From NCBI RefSeq assembly GCF_009914755.1, contig NC_060942.1: DNA of 64,000 bases. One strand, 5' to 3'. The notes under the pieces are model-generated. The model did no database searches. It was not told where the DNA came from and saw only the letters and a list, made by a program, of their open reading frames with translations. This DNA comes from the human T2T-CHM13v2.0 reference genome, Homo sapiens. The first letter of the stretch is position 1, and each line of letters starts with the position of its first letter. Of the stretch, positions 59,280 to 64,000 are shown piece by piece. The position numbers and the translations under genes were made by a program.

Positions 59280-60234
59280 GACTTCAATGGTCCAGCCCAT
59301 TTCAGGAATGTTGCATCTCCCACTCATCTCCTATAGATTCATAATGCTTAACTACATAGTTTTTAAAATCTGTTTAATCAGAATTTCTTAATTACACCTG
59401 ACAAAGAAGCTTTATCTTAAAACAACGCAACTTCAAGAGAGACACTTGTATTCCATTAAATGCACTTTGGGAAACAAAGGCACAGAGGAAAGAACAGTTG
59501 AACAGCAGTCAGGAGGGCTCTCTGCTGCTCACTTGCTCTGTAACCCAGGGACAAGACACCCTCTTCACCCTAAGGCCCACTGCAAGTTTCCGGTTCCTAC
59601 ATACTACAATAACACATCCATTGACCTTTATTCAGCACACTCCCAGAACTGGAAATTCCACACAAGAACTGCACATCCTATATTGCGGAAAAGACATATA
59701 TTAGCACAAAAGGCATCACAGCCTGGACTTATTTCCTTGGAGGCAGGGGAAGTTGAGGAATCAAGATGACAACACAGAAGCTAGGTCAATACTGGAATCC
59801 TAGGGAAAGCGGGAATATTCCCTTTACCCTAAGTGAATCCATCTAGCTTGAGATCACATAAAGCCTATAGCAGAGTTCCCAAACTCAAAGATCTGGTTTC
59901 TTTAAACTAAATCCTTCCACAGGAGGTCCTACAGGGAAAGGAAATTGATCAGCACTTGGTACCTTCTCATAAATAAGCTTCAGATCCCTGAGCATCCTGG
60001 GAGTAGATTAGGTGCCTTTCGATCATGCTTGATTTACATCACTATATGCCATTTAGTATTATGACACAGCACAGACAAAGGCGAGAAAGCACATTTTGGT
60101 GGACTTTAAGGCAAATTTTTCTATGCAAGTCCCCTAATGGCAGGAGGGAGTAGATGCATACTGTCCACCCACTAAAATCTGGATTGACACATTTCACCTT
60201 TATAATGAACATGAATTTGTAAAAGCCCTCAACT

Positions 60235-60970
60235 TTAGTCATCAAGGAAATGCAAATTAAAAACATGAGATACCATTACACACACCACCACTTTACACTC
60301 AACATAATGCCTAAAAGAAAAGAAAACAAGCATTGGCAAGGATGTGGAACAAGCCTTTATTTTTATGAACGTGTCAACAGGTAAAACCATTTTGGAAAAC
60401 TCTTCAGCAGTATCTGCTAAAGCTGAGCATAAGACCCACCACACCCATGACATAGCAATTCTCCTCCTAGATACATGCCCAAAAGCAATGCACACGTATG
60501 TTTACCAAAAGACAAGTACAAGACTATGCCCAGCAGCTTTTTTTTGTAAATGCCAAGAGCTAGAAAAAAACCCAATGTTCATTAACAGTAGGATGGACAA
60601 ATACATCCCAGTATATTCACACAGCAGCATACTATACAGCAATGAGAAGGAAGAAGCCACCACTACATGCGACAGCAAGGACACATCTCATTTATAATGT
60701 GGACATAAGAATACATACTAAACTATTCCATTTGCAGAAATTTCAAAAACAGGCAAAGGTAAACAATGGTGTTAGAAGTCAGGACAAGTGACTCTGGGGA
60801 AGGGCATAGTGACTGCAAGGGCACACAAAGGAAACTTCTGGGATGCTGGTAAGTTCTGTCTCTTGATCAGGTTCTAGTTACATCGGTGGGTTCAGTATGT
60901 GACAATACATTAAGTTAGATATACACTTATGTGTTTTTCTGGATATAAATCTTACTTCAATAAAAAGTTC
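60235..60970 (+). mobile_element. Old L1 (L1ME/MC) 3' fragment
   Basis: agtcatcaaggaaatgcaaattaaaaacatgagatacca...gtgttagaagtcagga...tacttcaataaaaag. Confidence 0.85.
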
Positions 60971-61724
60971 AAGAAAGTTAGAGAATTTTCCGTCTTGCTT
61001 TACACCCTCACCACATGTGTGTCTATATTGTCTCCCCCAGAATCTTTCATAACTCATATTCTAGGAAAATGTACCACACTTAACTTGTGGTATCTCTTCC
61101 TCCACAGAACGCTGTCCCACACTCTCCAGGTATCAGAAGATGGGGATGAGAGCATCCACCCCTTGGTCCTTGGACCAACCACTGCCTCCCTCTCACACTT
61201 CGACTTAAAAGACAGAGTGCTCCAAAATAAAACTCCTCAAATTCTCCCCCCTTGAGGCAGAGCCCTTCCCTCAAACCCTGGGATACAGAAATCACATTCC
61301 CTTTCAAATACCTGTTGGTCTCACTGGCATTGGAGAATATGAATGGATGACTATGAATGGCTGACTCCTCTTCTGCACAGCCACCTGCCACTCTCCAGCT
61401 CCTGGAAGAAGCCCAGGTCTCAAGGGAGCTGGCAGCAAAAGGTGGCATGGGATGGGCGGGAGCCTCTGTAGCAGCGGAATCAGACTGTCCAAGTCCAGGG
61501 CAAAGCATCTGCTATGTAACCCCTGGGCAACAGCCCAGCTGGGCCGTCTCCAGTTGAATGCCTGCCTGCCTGCCCTCCTTAATTCTGCCAGCGTAGTCTA
61601 TCCTAGGGCAGAGGGGTTTTGTTGCCACAGGAGCACAATGGTGCTGTTCAGTCACAACTCAGATGCCTGAGATGACAAGTATGGGGAGGGGCTGCTCCTG
61701 CTACCAGTGTCATTTTCACAATTT

Positions 61725-61870
61725 TAGTTCAATTGTGGTAAATATAAAGTTTACAATTTAGCCACTTTTAAATGTGCAACTTAGTGGCCCTGAATACAAT
61801 CACATTATTGTGCAACCAACACCACTGTCCATGTCCAGAATTTTCATCATCCCAAACAAGCTCTGGACTC
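61725..61870 (-). mobile_element. L1M 3'-end fragment
   Basis: ttgtggtaaatata...aatcacattattgtgcaaccaacaccact...ccagaattttcatcatcccaaac. Confidence 0.75.
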
Positions 61871-64000
61871 AGGAAACAACCCATCAACCAGTACCGCTTT
61901 AAAAAGACACGAGAGAAGGAACTATGAGTAAATATCTCAGCAAGCCCTTGGGAGCAGACTGACACTACAGCAACTTGGTATTAGTGACAAGGTCGAGTTA
62001 ACGACACAGTTTCTTAAAGGATCTGCATCTAGGCTCAAGGAGGACATCTGTGGGGTGCGGGGAGGTGCTGCCCTCACTTCCAGGGCAGCCAATCAAAGCA
62101 ACTACCTCCCTGAAAGCAAATCTACAGGCGAGCCTCTCCTCACTCTACGCCAATTTCTCTCCCTGCATCCTTTCAATGCTCTTGACATATGTTATTCCAA
62201 GGGCAGACATTTTTATACAGCATGTGGGGGAAACCAATGGCGACTTGCCCAACAGCTGCCCCCAAGAGTCACAGTTTGGCAAGAGGCCACATGCCACTTG
62301 TAGGCCATCCACAGTCACCAGAAGCCTCCTCAAGTATTAGCTGTTTGAGTTAGATGATGACAACAGGAAGGGGGACAAACTGAAAAAGCCTATTGAATCA
62401 AGAGCCTCAATGGAGTTATACTAAACAATTAACATTTACACAACACTTGCTATGTACGAAGGATGGTGCCAGGTTGCCATGCTGGGATGGGACAAGCTGG
62501 GATGAAGCAAGTTCCCATAAGAGAACTTCAAAATAAGCACAGGGGCACGGCCCTTCCATCCAGGTTGCTGAGGTGTTCATGCAGCAGGGAAGAAGGCATA
62601 GGAGGGGTCTTTCATCATTAAATCACTTGCCAGCCCGTCCCACTCTTTGGGAGGTTCCACATTTCATGTTGGGTGTTTCTTTAAAATATTGAATTTCATC
62701 ATTAAGCCAAAATATGACTAGGAGGTGGAATCTAAAAATATATATATTTTCATGCCGCTAGTAGCAAGCTAAACTTGGAATAAAGTTATGAGTCACCAGA
62801 GACTCAAACACACCTTCCAAGAAAGCATCTGCTCTGTTTTCTCAGGTGACTTCACCAGCTTTCCCTTCCTCCTCCTTCACCTCTCCTAAGGTTGACAAAG
62901 CCTGGATTTAGGTCAACCTCTTCAGTGGGTCCTTCTGTTGTGGCCAGCAGCCCTCAGAATGAATTATCTCCTAAAGTCACCAGAGGATTGGCTGACCAAA
63001 GATGACCTGTTCCCAGAGCCAAAAGGACCCTCCAAGCCCATGCTCCCAATGGGAGGCTGCCCAACCCTTAGGAAAACAAAGACCTACTATTTTTAAATAA
63101 CCAGCTAACAGCCAACAAAAGCTAACTGAGGGCTCGGGATTCTTTCAGCTGATTCATACACTCTACACACAGGTGATTCATCCACCAGCTACTGTAAAGG
63201 TGGTGGGAAAAGGGAGGAAAACACTATGAGAGAGAAACATCTTCATTGTGAAGGTACACAATCCCTGCACTGTAATACAATTTAAAAGCTCTCTCCCAAA
63301 TAAAGGGTTGCCATACTTTGGGGCTGATTTCAGTGTTTTGTGTTTGGTTTTGGTCATAGTAAATAAATCAGGTGTCCTGGGACAAAAAGGCTTATATGGG
63401 GACAAAAGTATTATTTCTGGGAAAATTTTTTCAGTCCAAGTAACATTTAACATTCAACATTCTGATTCACACATGCAACCTTTTCTATTCCACCCCTCTG
63501 CTCTGTAATCTTTGTTAAAAAAAAAAATAAAGCCCACAATTGAGGAATTCACAATTGTATACAAAAAGACAACTGTGGATGGGGAGAAGGGTTTGAGGCT
63601 AGCCTGATGGTCTTTCTTGCCTCATCAATTCATATTCCACACTTCCCAAATTCTTGGTTATGGAACCTGAAATTTTACCAAGAAGTAATTTGTTTGGTTT
63701 AACAAAATTCTTTTCTAAAAGTGAAAATACACCTATAAAAGAAATATGATATATTAGTATTTATACCCATAAAAGTCAGTTCAGTGCCATCTGCAGAAAA
63801 ACAGTTGAGATTGGCAGCTAAGAGGAAATGTCTTTTTATCATAGATTAAGGTAGCCTCAAGTGTGATGGGGCTTAAGGCCCACAATGGTACCAAGGGCTG
63901 GAGGAGAGTTGGAGAGAGGGTTAAATATAACAGGAGGCAGGCAAAGTGCCAGACATAAGTCCTCACTAAACCATGGACCAAATCCTATTCCCTGTGGTTA

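Overview
This is primate (human or great-ape) genomic DNA from the 5' part of MYO5B (myosin-Vb), transcribed on the minus strand. Three coding exons are present with canonical AG/GT ends and matching phases: exon 2 (37104-36994), exon 3 (22045-21874) and exon 4 (18726-18582). Exon numbering is recalled from the known gene. The rest of the window is intron 1 (partial), introns 2 and 3, and intron 4 (partial). The introns are rich in Alu, L1PA/PB/M, L2, L3, MIR, ERV1 and MaLR LTRs, and hAT DNA transposons. Intron 1 holds a decayed, intronless ADAD1 retrocopy antisense to MYO5B. I found no support for a new multi-gene system; nearly all ORFs in the track are repeat-derived or chance. The most unusual signals are a 93-bp locally templated insertion inside an ERV1 LTR, a triplicated MIR head, an L1PA insertion lacking a target-site duplication, a ~480-bp AT-rich tract, and a four-G-run element just after the exon 2 donor. 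Repeat subfamily names were assigned by eye from remembered consensus sequences, and boundaries of old repeats are approximate.
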